A program made the translations under genes and the position numbers. Below the pieces are notes generated by a model. The model was not told the DNA's origin and did not search any database. It saw only the letters and a program-made list of their open reading frames with translations. Source: Takakia lepidozioides (lineage: Eukaryota > Plantae > Bryophyta). From it: a stretch of 64,000 bases of DNA. The stretch lies in contig CM060731.1 in assembly GCA_030704615.1 (NCBI GenBank), positions 84,134,001 through 84,198,000 on the forward strand, read 5' to 3'. This document shows, in pieces, positions 13,801 to 25,738 of this stretch. Numbering within the stretch: the first letter of the stretch is position 1; each line of letters opens with the position of its first letter.

Positions 13801-14830
13801 CTCGAATAGGATATCGCCATCAAAAGTCTCCGGCAAGAACTTCACAGGCATCTGCTTCAAAGATTCCCAATCAATTCCCCGCAACTCACTTTTGAATCCA
13901 GCCATTCCTCCCATCGCCCGCAATTTTGGAATGCCACTACAAATCTCTTCTTCATCAGCTTTTCCAACCACAGTAGGAAGGACTGGATTTGGAATTTCAC
14001 TTATGTCATCATCGGAAGAATCCGAAAGCTCAACGATTGGAGTGGAGGACGTCTGTTCTTTTTTCACCACCACCTCCCTCTTGTCTTCAACGACCGAAGC
14101 AGCAGTCCCGGGCGTCACATATGACCCAAGGGACTTTTGCCGAGGCTCTCCAAGTACTCTTTATCGACCAGGACGCACTATCCACTAGCTGATATGAGCC
14201 GTCTCATCACGATTTTGGAAAGAGTATTTCAACAACTTCCCTTTAAGATCGTACACCTCTTTCTCCAAAAAGATGGAGCAATTCTGCAGCTGAAAACGGG
14301 TAGCCAAGACATGTTCCAGAACAATTGTAAATCCATTGTCAAGGACTTCCTGGGAGAACGGCACTGGTTTGTCGTCAGAGAAGAACTCCGCTTCAGAGGA
14401 AGCCATCTTCCTTCCTCGCGTACGTTTGTACCTTGCTATCGCAGATCTAGTGTAAATCGGTTTACTGATGTCTCCAGAACACAGTTGAAGAATGAGCAGA
14501 GAATATGGCGGAGGAAGCTCAGACAACGACTGTGCATATTATGTTATTCTTTCCAGATATGCAGCCGTCCATTTTAATTACTTTTCTTGTGGGCCCAGTG
14601 GTCAGAGTATCCCTAGGATCAGTGTCGGCAGCTGTTAAACCGTTAACCTGAACCTCATCAATAAACCCAATAACAAAGCCGACTTCCTGGAAGCATGCCA
14701 CAGGATCTGGGGATGGGATTGCAGATTAAGTAAATGTATCTTTATACTACTACCAATGATCATGCGCACCTGGAAAGTTCCAAATGTGAAACGAATGTGG
14801 GGTTTGGCTAACAAGGATGACCGTGTATGA
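10895..14830 (-). pseudogene. Mutator-superfamily DDE transposase with GCM/WRKY-like Zn domain and C-terminal SWIM finger (copy 1)
   Basis: DGHPW..CNGHLRCDNLNC..CKFC..C...CGA..HFGFHNHP at 13351-14118. MULE catalytic pattern: FDHVKR (D1), FMADSAQAN (D2), CLFHW (CxxH), NLAETVH (E). SWIM finger CTCPDF..PCKHLYF at 10895-11446. Several frameshifts and an intron near 12286-12393. The start codon is uncertain. Confidence 0.85.
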
Positions 14831-15261
14831 TATTCCAAGATTTGTCATCAAACTCTCGTTCATTTACATTTATTTGTGTAAGACGTGCGCCAAGATTTCT
14901 GGGATTCGCTGTTATTTTTAAATATTGAAACCGTTCTAATAAAGAACACGCCGTTTATTTTGGGCGACACACGTCAGACATCCAAAACTGAATACGAACA
15001 GCTGTACACCAATTGCTGGCATGTGCACTAATAAGGGAACGACTATGTGTAACGGTCACGCGAGAGGGAATCCGATGCTTCTAAAGACACGCAAGAACGC
15101 AGGCAATCCCGCAAGAAATCGGGAGTCACTGCGTTTTTCTACTTTTCGCGCTTAGAGAGAGAGTGGTAGTCAAGCTGGAGAGGGTTCCTTCTACAATACG
15201 AAAGAGAAGAAAGTCTCTTTATTTTACTTCCCTTAGAGAGAGACGCAGAGCAAGAGAGCAA

Positions 15262-18200
15262 ATGACGAGGCGTCGTTTGTTGGAGAACACAGGGCCAAGG
15301 CAGCAGGTGAACGCGGAGACTGATTCAGAAGAGCAGACGGAGACTGAGGCAGCGGCTGTGACACAGTCTGCGATAAGAGTGCGCCAGCCTGTGGAGGCAG
15401 AGATGATTCGCAGGGACACTGAAGGAGGTGGAAGCACGCGGAACGCCGAACCGGGAGAAGGTCCAAAAACCCTAGAGCAGACAGAAATTCCGGCAGATGT
15501 GAGAGGGAAGAGGAAAGCTGCAGAAGGGGATCCAATTTCAAAACCTAAGAAGGCGCCAGTAAGTTTTATCTAACTTACATTTCATTGTTGAAGATATGCG
15601 TAGAGATTGAGTGGAATGTCCCAGACAGGGATTGTCGCTACCAACCATCACAAAGGTGATTTGCTTTCTACTCCTCTGCTAAGGGTTTACCGCACAATGA
15701 GTGGGTGACTATCGGTACAGTCATTCACTGTTGTTCAGATCATATAGTCTGTCTGATTGCCTTTCAAGGAGTCCTTCCTCTTCCCTTCTTTAGCAGGAAC
15801 TACTGAATTGCGAGCGTCGTTAACGCCATTCAATTCTCCTCATGAGATTTATATACCTATGTGTTTGAAGAGAGAGTGAGGGTCGGCATACCGTCAATCA
15901 TCGTTGTTCAGACCATACAGTTTGTCTGATTGCCTTTCAAGCAGTCCTTCCTCTTCCCATGCTGGCGACGGTAATCACAGTGGAGTCAATCTGAATAATC
16001 TGCACTTACTGTCCGCCCTAAACTATACTGAATGTCGTTGCCGCCAATCACTTGCACATAGATGTCATTACACAACACCGATCCGGCAGGTCGTTATCTT
16101 TTGTGATTGTCGTTAACGCCGTTTGCTATCGCTCTCGCTTTTGTTTTGAATACGGCAATATCAGCTTTGCTTGTGTAGATTGTGCTGAATTGTTTCACAC
16201 CATTCATAGTGAGTTTCTTTGAGACAGAGTGATGGTCGTTACCGCCATTCACTATTTGCAAATTAGTCAGTCAGAACTGAATGGCATCGTGCAGAAAACT
16301 ATGAGGTCGAAGCCTACAAGATCAGAGGGGAAAGGATCTGGAGATGGGGACGAGTCCGCAAAAAGCTCAGAGAATACATATGAAGCAGATGAATCTGAAG
16401 TGCACTACCTTGACAAGGTGAAAGAACTCATGTCATTCCAGAAGGTAAACTCTCAGGAGGTTATAAAAGACATGCTCGTATCTGGAGGGCGTCTGGACAT
16501 CCCTCTGTGCCGGATGATATCAATGCCTATTGTGCGTCCTCCTCTTTCCCATGACATAACAAAATTGGAAAGTGATTTTGTGCATGGATATAGACTTGGT
16601 GCACAAGTTTTTTATGTGTCACTGACGGATATAAATGGGAAAAGCACATTAGTGTCTCCAGAGATCAGTGATAACTGGGATGAGTGCTAGAAAGATGCCA
16701 ATGAGGAGTTTGAGCTGGGCCTCATGATGGGAAAGAACACCCAGCAATTCTGCAACCACATGTTCTGCGTCTGGGACGACAACCACCGATTGCTGGCATG
16801 GATGGGATACATTCAGAAACACCATGCGAAAGACAAAGACAAGCATGTTGTTGTGGAGGCAATGGTTTTGGATCCTGGAAACGACATCGCTAGGCTTCTT
16901 ACAGCTATGCACGACGTGAACAAGTAAGTCATCCAGGAGATTTCATTCCTTCTGTAGTGTCTTATTAATCCTCAAAAAACAGTGTTAAGGAATGCAATGT
17001 TTTCAATGTTTTTGCAGATCGACAGAGAAATCGCATGTGACAACAAGCTTGGTTCACACACTATTCCGAATTCAGAGGATTGGTTTGATGAAGCTGGATG
17101 ATTTTCGGACAGTACTACCACCCAATATCATCAAGAAGTGCGAAACAGGAAGAGCTGCAGGCACTTGGTATTCTTTGACACGAGAGGTGTTTCTGGAGTA
17201 CATGTATGCGGTAAGCCCGAGTCTGTACTCTGTTTACTTTTCGAATACATGTTTGTTGCCCCTTCGGAGCTAATTACTACTTGAATCAATGCAGCAAGAA
17301 CTGGCAGAGGCAGCTGAGAAGGGAAAATCCGAATATTACCGCACTACACCAGAGGAACTAAGGACATCAAAAGGTGTGGAAGCTACAATAAAGAAGGAGT
17401 TTGAAATGCGAAGAACCAAATTGATGTCCGCCTTTGGAAAGCAGCTTAGAATAGTAGATCCTGGACTTGGTCCTGAGTTCCTTCAGCAGATCAAAACACA
17501 TTATGACAAGCATGTGCATCCGGAGATGCAGCAGGAGAAATTGCACCGGCTGGCCATATCGATGGTCGACCACAAACAAAAATAAGGTGGCTGGAGATAT
17601 GGAACTCAGATCAAACAGTAAAGGACTTGAATCAGTTCCCAAAGAGCACCATACAGCCTGGCACAAAGGTGGAAGGAATCAGTGATTTGGTGTTTGATAA
17701 CTGGCTCCACAAGGCTACATTTTGGAGTCAGGTGTGTATTCAAACATGCCGTTTTCTTCTCTTCAAGTATGCGATGAGTATCTTATTTGCAATTCTGACA
17801 AATATATTATTTGCAGCTCGAAAAGCGCGCCGTCATTGTGCTGGATCAGACTTTGAAGGACCTGAACATTTCGATTGTTTCCCCTCCCCAAATGTCATTG
17901 GAGGCATACATAAGGAAGTGGAGAGGTCTCACCTGGAGATACTGTTTTTTCCGGGAGTTCTCCAAAGATGGTAACATTTTACGGTCCAACGACTTTGACA
18001 GTCAGGTTGGAGGAGAGTGGGCCATGATGCGAGTTGTGTACAGGTGCAATGTCATACTTGAAACTCTACTGCTTTTTTTGGGAAAAAATGTGGCTTCATA
18101 AGGATTGCAATCATAGATCCAGATTGAATGTCGTTGACGACATTCACTTCTTTGTCTGAGTCATTCTTAAGCAAGTATATGAATTCACCTGGTTAGGATC

Positions 18201-19255
18201 TAAGGGTGTAATTATAGTGTCCCTGATTAGAATTGATAATGTCCTTGAATGGCATTGACGACATTCACATCCGGAGTTGTTGAGAGGTCCTCAGAGTTAT
18301 AATTTTTTGTAATGTCCATAGAGGTTATAGTGAGGGTTCCTCACTTCATATTGCTGAATGTCAATGTAGACATTCAGTTGTTCTGCATTGTTTTTGCCTC
18401 TTGCGAGGAATCTGGAGGCTTGATAAGCTCTGTTATGAGAAATCCAAAGTGAATGTCGTTGATGACATTCACTTGTGTGTCTGTATTATTCAACAGCGAC
18501 AATTTGAATTTACATGGATTGGGAGCTAAGTAATTGGTTCCTTGTTGGTATTTTGTGAATGGCGTTGACGCCATTCACATACAGTGTTGTTGTGAGGTCC
18601 TCAGTGATATGTTCGTTATGAATGTGCATTGAGTTTTCGTGGAGGGTTCCTTACTCGAGTTATGATTTCCATCCTGTGATTTTGCTTCATTTGAGGAATA
18701 ATTAGGCTTGATTAGTGAATGTCGTTGACGACATTCACTTCTATGTCTGTGTCATTCCAAAACGATAGTTTGCATTCATCTGGATTAGGGTGTATTTACA
18801 GTATCATTGAATGGAATGTTTTGAATGGCGTTGATGACATTCACATCTGGAGCATTCGTGTGGTCCTGAAAGGTCCTTGGAGCAGTTCTCAGAGCCATTT
18901 CAATCTATGTTTTTTTCATTCTGTTCTACTTGCATCTTACTCACTGAGCGCTTTTGTGGGTTGGGATTCATCTCATTTTTTCAGGTACACGAAATATGTG
19001 CTTATGGAAGGAAATCACCTGAGCGGAATTCCAGACTATCTTGACATGTGGTCGGACCCTGCAAACGATCCAACCATGTATACTGTAGGGATATTGAAGG
19101 ACTGGAGTCCTTCTCACTTCAGAGACTGTGGGTGGTACCTTGATTGCCCACCGGAGCACACGACCTTTCAAGAACAGCATATGAAATACTTGAACAATAA
19201 CGCTGAGATGCTGGCGCCTTTGACTGACGAAGAGTACCAACGAAACATAAAGGAG
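15262..19255 (+). pseudogene. ParB-like-domain cargo gene, copy 1, 3'-truncated
   Basis: Approximate GT-AG exons 15262-15558, 16295-16923, 17019-17210, 17296-17731, 17817-18043 and 18985-19255. Contains IPLCRMISMPIVRP..DITKLESDFVHGY and WDDNHRLLAW (16775-16789). Colinear with 28732-31400 with the same intron positions. Has in-frame stops and ends abruptly in Gypsy integrase. Confidence 0.8.
18125..18843. repeat. Intronic array of 7 palindromes, consensus TGAATG(T/G)CGTTGACG(A/C)CATTCA
   Basis: Copies near 18125, 18246, 18354 (degenerate), 18447, 18554, 18714 and 18822. More degenerate copies lie in the first intron (~15814, 16029, 16104, 16229). Confidence 0.9.
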
Positions 19256-20290
19256 TGGCAGGGGGCCATTTTGGAGAAGAGACTACCAGTAGGAAGATAC
19301 TACTTGCCAGTTACTGGTGGCCTACCTTGTTCAAAGATGTGCACAAGTATTGTAAAACTTGTGATGAGTGTCAGAGGCTAGGACCATTGCAGAGGTCTGG
19401 AAAGATAGCTTTGCATCCTACAATGCCTACTGAACCATTTCAGAAATGGGGACTGGACTTTGTTGGACCAATAAACCCGCCAGCCAAGAATACACAGAAC
19501 AAGTATATAATAGCTATTGATTATACTACGAAGTGGGTGGAAGCTAAAGCTCTGGGGGACAACACAGCTAAGTCCACAGCCAGGTTCCTGTATGAGAACA
19601 TACTTACACGGTTTGGCTGTCCCCTGGAATTTATCAGTGATCAGGGAAGTCACTTCATCAATGAGACCATAAAACTCTTGACTAAGGAGTTCATGATTGT
19701 GCATAGGAAAAGTACAACCTATTACCCACAAGGTAATGGACAGGCAGAGGCTACCAACAAAATACTATGTACCATCTTGGCTAAAATAGTCAATGCAAAC
19801 AGAACAGACTGGGATACAAAGCTACTGACAGCTTTGTGGTCATACAGGACTTCATATAAAGTCACCACTAAGTATACACCATTCCAATTAGTTTATGGTA
19901 TGGAAGCTTTACTTCCAGTGGAGTTTTTATTACCTACTATGAGAACTGAATGGGGAAGAAGAATGGAATTAAAAGATTCAATTAAGGTCAGGAAACATGA
20001 ATTATACCATATGGAGGAAGTACAAGCTGATGCAGCTGACAACATGACGAGAATACAGATGAAAAGGAAGGATCAGTTTGATGAAGGGAAGTTGAAGACT
20101 TTCAAAACATGAGATTTGGTTTGTGGTTGCAGAAGAAAGGAAAGATTAAGGCTTCTAAGCTTAAATCGCCATGGAAGGGACCTTATGTCATACAAAAGAT
20201 GTATGATAACAACACGGCCATGTTACAAACCATTAACAAAGAAATGTTGGGCAGGGTCAATGCCAACAAGTTGAAAGGATACAGTGGTAT
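19256..20290 (+). pseudogene. Gypsy integrase
   Basis: GGHFG..YWWPTLFKDV..CKTCDECQR Zn finger; WGLDFVGP, FISDQG and GQAEATN D-D-E core; WKGPY (GPY/F motif) after a frameshift near 20110. Confidence 0.93.
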
Positions 20291-20427
20291 CCATGACAAG
20301 CCATTGAGGCACGATTTGCATATAGAACCACACGAGCAAATACAGGCTGTTCCAGTAATACCAACGAAGCATAGAATACTTGTCGTTAAACCGGTGAGGA
20401 GAGGAAAACATAGATGTTTAAATAGCT

Positions 20428-20705
20428 ATCACAGCCCAACACAGGGTCACACAGCCCATCACAGCCCAACACAGGGTCACACAGCCCATCACCGCCCAAC
20501 ACAGGGTCACACAGCCCATCACAGCCCAACACAGGGTCACACAGCCCATCATAGCCCAACACAGGGTCACACAGCCCATCACAGCCCAACACAGGGTCAC
20601 ACAGCCTATCACAGCCCAGCACAATGTCACACAGTCGCGCACAGCCTAGCACAGGGCGGCACAGCCTGTCACAGCCTCACACAGCCAATCAGAATTACAC
20701 AGTCC
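20428..20705 (+). repeat. 30-bp tandem repeat (ATCACAGCCCAACACAGGGTCACACAGCCC) x6 plus degenerate tail
   Basis: Directly visible. The unit is built from 10-bp CACAG subunits. Confidence 0.95.
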
Positions 20706-21305
20706 ATAGGATTAGTGACAGGTGGACGAAAGAAAACATCAGGGAAATGGCCGGCGGAAGAAAGGGCGGAAGTCAGTTTAAAAGTGGACGCGTGGAAGTC
20801 AGGCCGTGACGCACAGCTGAGAAGGAGCTGCAAGAACAAGTGTCATCAAGAAAAAGGACAGGAGTGGCCGTCAAAGTACCTACCTACTACGTCAAAGAGG
20901 ATGGATGGCGGGCCCATGGAAAATCCACTAAAGAAAATTAATTCTAAAATCCAGTCACAGCGGTTACAGCCAATCATGAAGCAGGAGCAACTTCAAGAAA
21001 GTAAAAAGGTTCTGAGCGTAAGAGTCGGCGTCGTTCCAAGTAACGGGCGTCTCGACGGGACAGACAATCAATGCGATAGTTTTGAAGCTATGAGGGAACT
21101 AGCAGATTATACGCTCGCGATACTACTCACGCAGTGGCGAGGAAACAGAAGAACAGAGAGTAACTTTTCTCTTGATCAATGCTTGCAAGCCCCGCAGGTT
21201 TACAGGACACTACCCATAGCATTTTGTGGCAATCATACGTTTGTGCTTTGTGCTCTGCAGGCATTACTTCAGTTGTTACAGCCACAGCCTTACGGTTTCT
21301 CTAAA

Positions 21306-24300
21306 ATGAAGAGAGTAAGAGGGATGGAGGACATCAAGGTGAAAAGCACCACAATCCTGCAGAAACAGACGATTGTGACGCCATACGCGGTGAAGTTACT
21401 AGAGGAACTGCGATTACAAGGATTGCAAAACAAGGATTGGACATTGCACCATCGGAAGTACATGTTAGAATTCTTGCAGAACTTTGACCCAAAGACAGGA
21501 GCCACAATGGTGAAGGGAGTTGAATTAGAACTTACTCCCTTATACCTACAGCAATTGTTTTCATTACCAGCAGGTCAGGTTCATGTGGACGAGCACAGGG
21601 CTAGATTGCAGATGAAAGATTTGTTTGAAGAAGGGAGTTTCTTTAAAACTCAAGGCTATGCTTGTACCAAAGCAATGTACCCAGGGCTCAAGGAGGTAGG
21701 CCAGATATTGAACGTTCTGTTTGCCATGAAACAGAACCAGCAGTATTTGAGCAGATCCTTCACAGAGGAAATACTCAAAGGCCTGAGAGGAGAAGAGGTA
21801 GCATGGGAGAACATCATGTACAACGGACTGGTAGAGGAGATGAAAAGATTGCAGGGAACTGCCGCTAAATCTCCTATCATAGTATCTGGGCCAGTCATTG
21901 CACAAATCATCCTAGACTCATGCGTACTTGATGCGAGAGAAAGGAAGGAAATGGGAGTGTTTGAAATAACAACCACTACCATAGAAGAGCAAGGTTCTTC
22001 ACAGGGTGAAGGAGGATTGGCAGAGCATCAACAGCCCAAAAGACAGAGGAAAGGGATCACGTTGGAAGCCAAACCATTAGCTACAAGGCAGCAGGAGGAA
22101 GAAGTTACTCAAGCTCTTGTCCAGGAGAGGGTACAACAGCACAGAGATCAAGGGTTACAAACAACACAACCTGTGGAGAGGGAACAGGAAGTCAATTCAG
22201 TATCACAGCCATCACAGCCAGGTGAACGGCTTGCCAAAGAGTTACCACAAGTGGTCCATGCGGTTCCTCCACAAATAATAGATTTGGAAACAGAAGGGTT
22301 AGATATTCCAACTACAGAGCAAGTGGTGGCAGAGATTGAGAGAGGTGATCTTCTCTATGAAGACTCTAGTTTGCTCAGAGAGAGAGTGGAGCCAGAGGTC
22401 CAAAATCTGTCCAGTGAACTTCCTGATGTGCAGGTAATACCCCCACCAGCACCGCAAGTTCCAGAAGAGGAACATCAGGACACAGCAGCATCTGGGAGAA
22501 ATGAGGAAATTGAGAAGGAGGATCTGGTGGAGCAGTGGCCTGAGTGGTTTGTGAGGCATCATCCTATGGATGAGAGGGGTGAACAGCAGCATGTTAACCA
22601 TGATGGGCCTCAGCAGGCTATGCTGATGAACTCCATAAGCTGAACCCTCAATTTGTTGGGAACTTACATGAAGTCACATGTTCCAGTGACTCAGTTGGAA
22701 GTTCTGAAGGAGGAACTCAGAAAAGAGTTCGAAAATCGGTTGGCAACCGAGTGTGTTAACAAAGTTGAGATGGAAGTGCATCTGCAGTTGCAACAGGAGT
22801 TGGGGGAAACAAAGAATGCTTTGCAATTTGCTAAGCAGCAACTGATTGAGGGGGGTCTGGAGCAAGACCATCTGCAGGAGATACACGAGCAGCAATTATT
22901 CCAATTGCAGAACAAGCATGAGGATGAGATGCAAGGACTAAAGGAACAACAGGCAGAGTTGGAGGTAGTACATCAAAGGATGACGGTGCAATGTGCCACC
23001 CTCACAAATGTTCTAGAGCAAGCCACAACAGAAGCCAACCAGCAGAGGGAGCGATGTGTAAGGGCAGAAACGGAGGTAGTGGAGCAAGCCAAATTCATTG
23101 TGGACCTCAAAGATACAATATGTCACAATGAGGGTGCTTTACAGCAATACAAACAGGTTGAGGCTAACCAGGAGAAGTACATTGTGGAGTTACAACAGAC
23201 CCTTATGTCGAATAGGAATCAACTCTCTGTAGCTAACAAGGCAGCGAGGGAAGCCAATAATCTGGCTGCAGCTTATGCCAATTTAGTTGAACCTCATGAG
23301 AAGCGCATGCAAGGATTGCAACAGCAGTTAGATGCCTACAGACTCAAGGAGGAGCAGAGTCTCAGAGATGTTACACAAGACAGAGTGGATGACCAACTTT
23401 TAAAAGTATGGTTAGCACAAGGGCCAGTGGAAGGGAAAGCACCGAGAAAACTCACCCAGGGGGAGATGAATGACCTGAGGCTGCAAGTGCAGAATATTGC
23501 CACCACTACTATAGACAATGTCTATAGTAGAATAGGAGAGCTCCAAGAGGATGTGGATACACTGCAGACTCAAGTGGAGGACTTGAGTTCAAACATAGAC
23601 CAAAGGCTCATGATTCTTGAAGAACATCTCATGGAGGCGTATTTGAGGGCCAGAACTCTAGTTTTCGGGTCTTCTTCGCAAGAAGTGCAGGGGATGCCAA
23701 TGGTGGAAACACCAATAGAACCAGTTTCACAGCAGGTGGCTGTACAGGTTATTGAATCTCCTATGACAGCAGTTGCACGGCCTGAGGTATGGGGAAATGC
23801 TGCTTTCAACCACCCAAGACTCATGCACGGGAATACAACCGAGCAATGATCATGCCCTTCAATGAAATTCCAAATAGCTTGGATTTGGCTTGGAATCAAT
23901 TTGGTCCTCCACAATCCTTTCCACACTACTACCAAATAATGCGCATTTGGTTGCCAGTGGCCACTCGGACTAAGATTCTGGCAATGAATCAGCTCATTGA
24001 GGATCATCATTTTTCAAGGTATTGGTCTGAGGCAGGCACCATGTTGAAGGAGTTAATAGCTTTCCAGGTTGTTCATGGGCACATTCACACCAAAACAAAG
24101 GAAGTAGCGAGTTTGGTCATGGGATGTGGAATTTATTATACTGCTTGTTTCATTGCACGTTACCACATTGAGCAGCAGAAGATGCAGTCCAGATTTCTGA
24201 CTTATTCCACTACAGATCATTGGACCTTACCTGTGGTGCCGCATCATACGTATTTATATGATGTGAAAATCATGTTACAGAGGGATTCACAACTCCGTTC

Positions 24301-24853
24301 ATGGTTTAACATGGCCTGGAACAACTTGAGCAACGAAAAATGATATATTGACGACATTTTTAATAAGGAGCAAACAGCTTGGCAATACCTATACTGCTCC
24401 AAAGTTACTGGCACACCTCTCACCTATACTGAGAAGGAATTGTTGAAGTTCAATCAACTTGCTTTCAACAGGTTACACAACGTTGTGAAGCTTAAGGTTC
24501 CTGACATGGTGGGGCCACACTGTATGCCAATTTTCATTCCAGAGAAACCAAGAAAGGCAAGAAAACCAAAAAACTGCAGGACTGAAGCAGATTCGGACAC
24601 AACAACTGAAACTTCAGAACAAACTCTTGACATATGGGAGGAATATGATCAAGCACTGCACGACAAGAAACAACGGGGCCACACCAGAGCCATTACAGCC
24701 GGTTCAGTCAAAGGGCAACAAATCAGGTTCAAGTACAGCTCAAGCATCTCCAGCAAGCAGTCATAGAACTCGGGCACGTACAGAGAGCCCTCCACTGCAC
24801 TCTCACAAACAGACAGGACCACGTTCACAAAGATTTACTGATCCTAAGCAGTA
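21306..24853 (+). pseudogene. Retrotransposon extra ORF (ORF3-like) with plant-transposon-protein-like N-terminus and long coiled coil
   Basis: LEFLQNFDPKTGATMVKGVELELTPLYLQQLFSLP resembles the extra-ORF domain of Athila/Tat-like elements. ORFs 20109-22643 and 22653-23849 are in one frame, and 23789-24343 and 24440-24766 are in another, so this reads as one broken ORF. E/Q/L-rich heptads at 22653-23650. Confidence 0.6.
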
Positions 24854-24892
24854 AACCGTGAGGACACGGCTTTTTGAGAGGGGAAGGGGTAA

Positions 24893-25587
24893 TGTTAGGA
24901 GGCAGTCTGGGACTTAGGCATTTTTATGGGTTCTGTGGAGTCTGGGACTTAGACACTTCTATGGGTTCTGAGGGGTACCCTTAATTTTTTGAGATAGCCC
25001 GTCACAGCCAGTCACAGCCCGACACAGCCCGAAACAGCCGTCACAGTCTAACACAGTCGCACAGTCAGTCACAGCTGTCACAGTCATAGGGAACGGTTAT
25101 CATGACAGGGAACGACTGTGGGGAACAACATCTGCCTGGGAACATGTAATTCACGGAGGACGGTTAGTGAAGGAAAATGGTTAGAACAGGGGGGAAGGAG
25201 ATAAAGCGGGCAGCGGAGACGGGAGGGGACTTTTTGGGGATGGAGATCACTGCTGGGGGACTTTAGCCACGGAGATCACTCCTGGGGAAGGACTAAGATC
25301 GAAGGAAGGGAAGCTGGCGAGGAGGAAGGAGATACTATAGGACAGAGTTAGTACGAGATGAAGGATTACTTAGAGGGATAGGTTAGAGAAGTTAGGACAT
25401 CAGCATGTATCCGATTATGATTAATCTGATTCTCATCCGATACAAACACCTTGTGTTGAGAGACTTGAGTGAAGCTGTGTATGAATGAAATCAGGGGGCC
25501 CAAGAAGCAATCTGACGCTTAAAAAGATACCTGATCATGATAAACAGGGAATATAAACTGATAAGGAATATAATTGGAAACCCAACA
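24893..25587 (+). repeat. 3' LTR of the Gypsy element
   Basis: TGTTAGG...CCCAACA ends; starts 3 nt after the PPT. The right end is inferred from terminal symmetry only. Confidence 0.7.
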
Positions 25588-25738
25588 ATGATTCACTAGC
25601 TGCAGGTCATGACTGATTGTTTCACGCGGGCTGAATGCTTAGAGATATCCAACTCTTCTATCTTGGAGTTTCCCCCTCGGATAGCGAAGGGATGGGTGAG
25701 TAAAAGCCGTGTGACAGTGCAGCTGAGCACGGCCTGAC

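Larger units (their letters stand above)
19256..25587 (+). mobile_element. Ty3/Gypsy LTR retrotransposon (non-chromovirus type), 3' half only
   Basis: Integrase, a long extra ORF, PPT GAGAGGGGAAGGGG at 24876-24889 and a 3' LTR. The 5' LTR, gag and RT are absent. Confidence 0.88.

Noticed and set aside
20109-22643. 844-aa ORF as a stand-alone host gene
   Set aside because: It joins the frameshifted integrase tail, a tandem repeat and the start of the retroelement's extra ORF.
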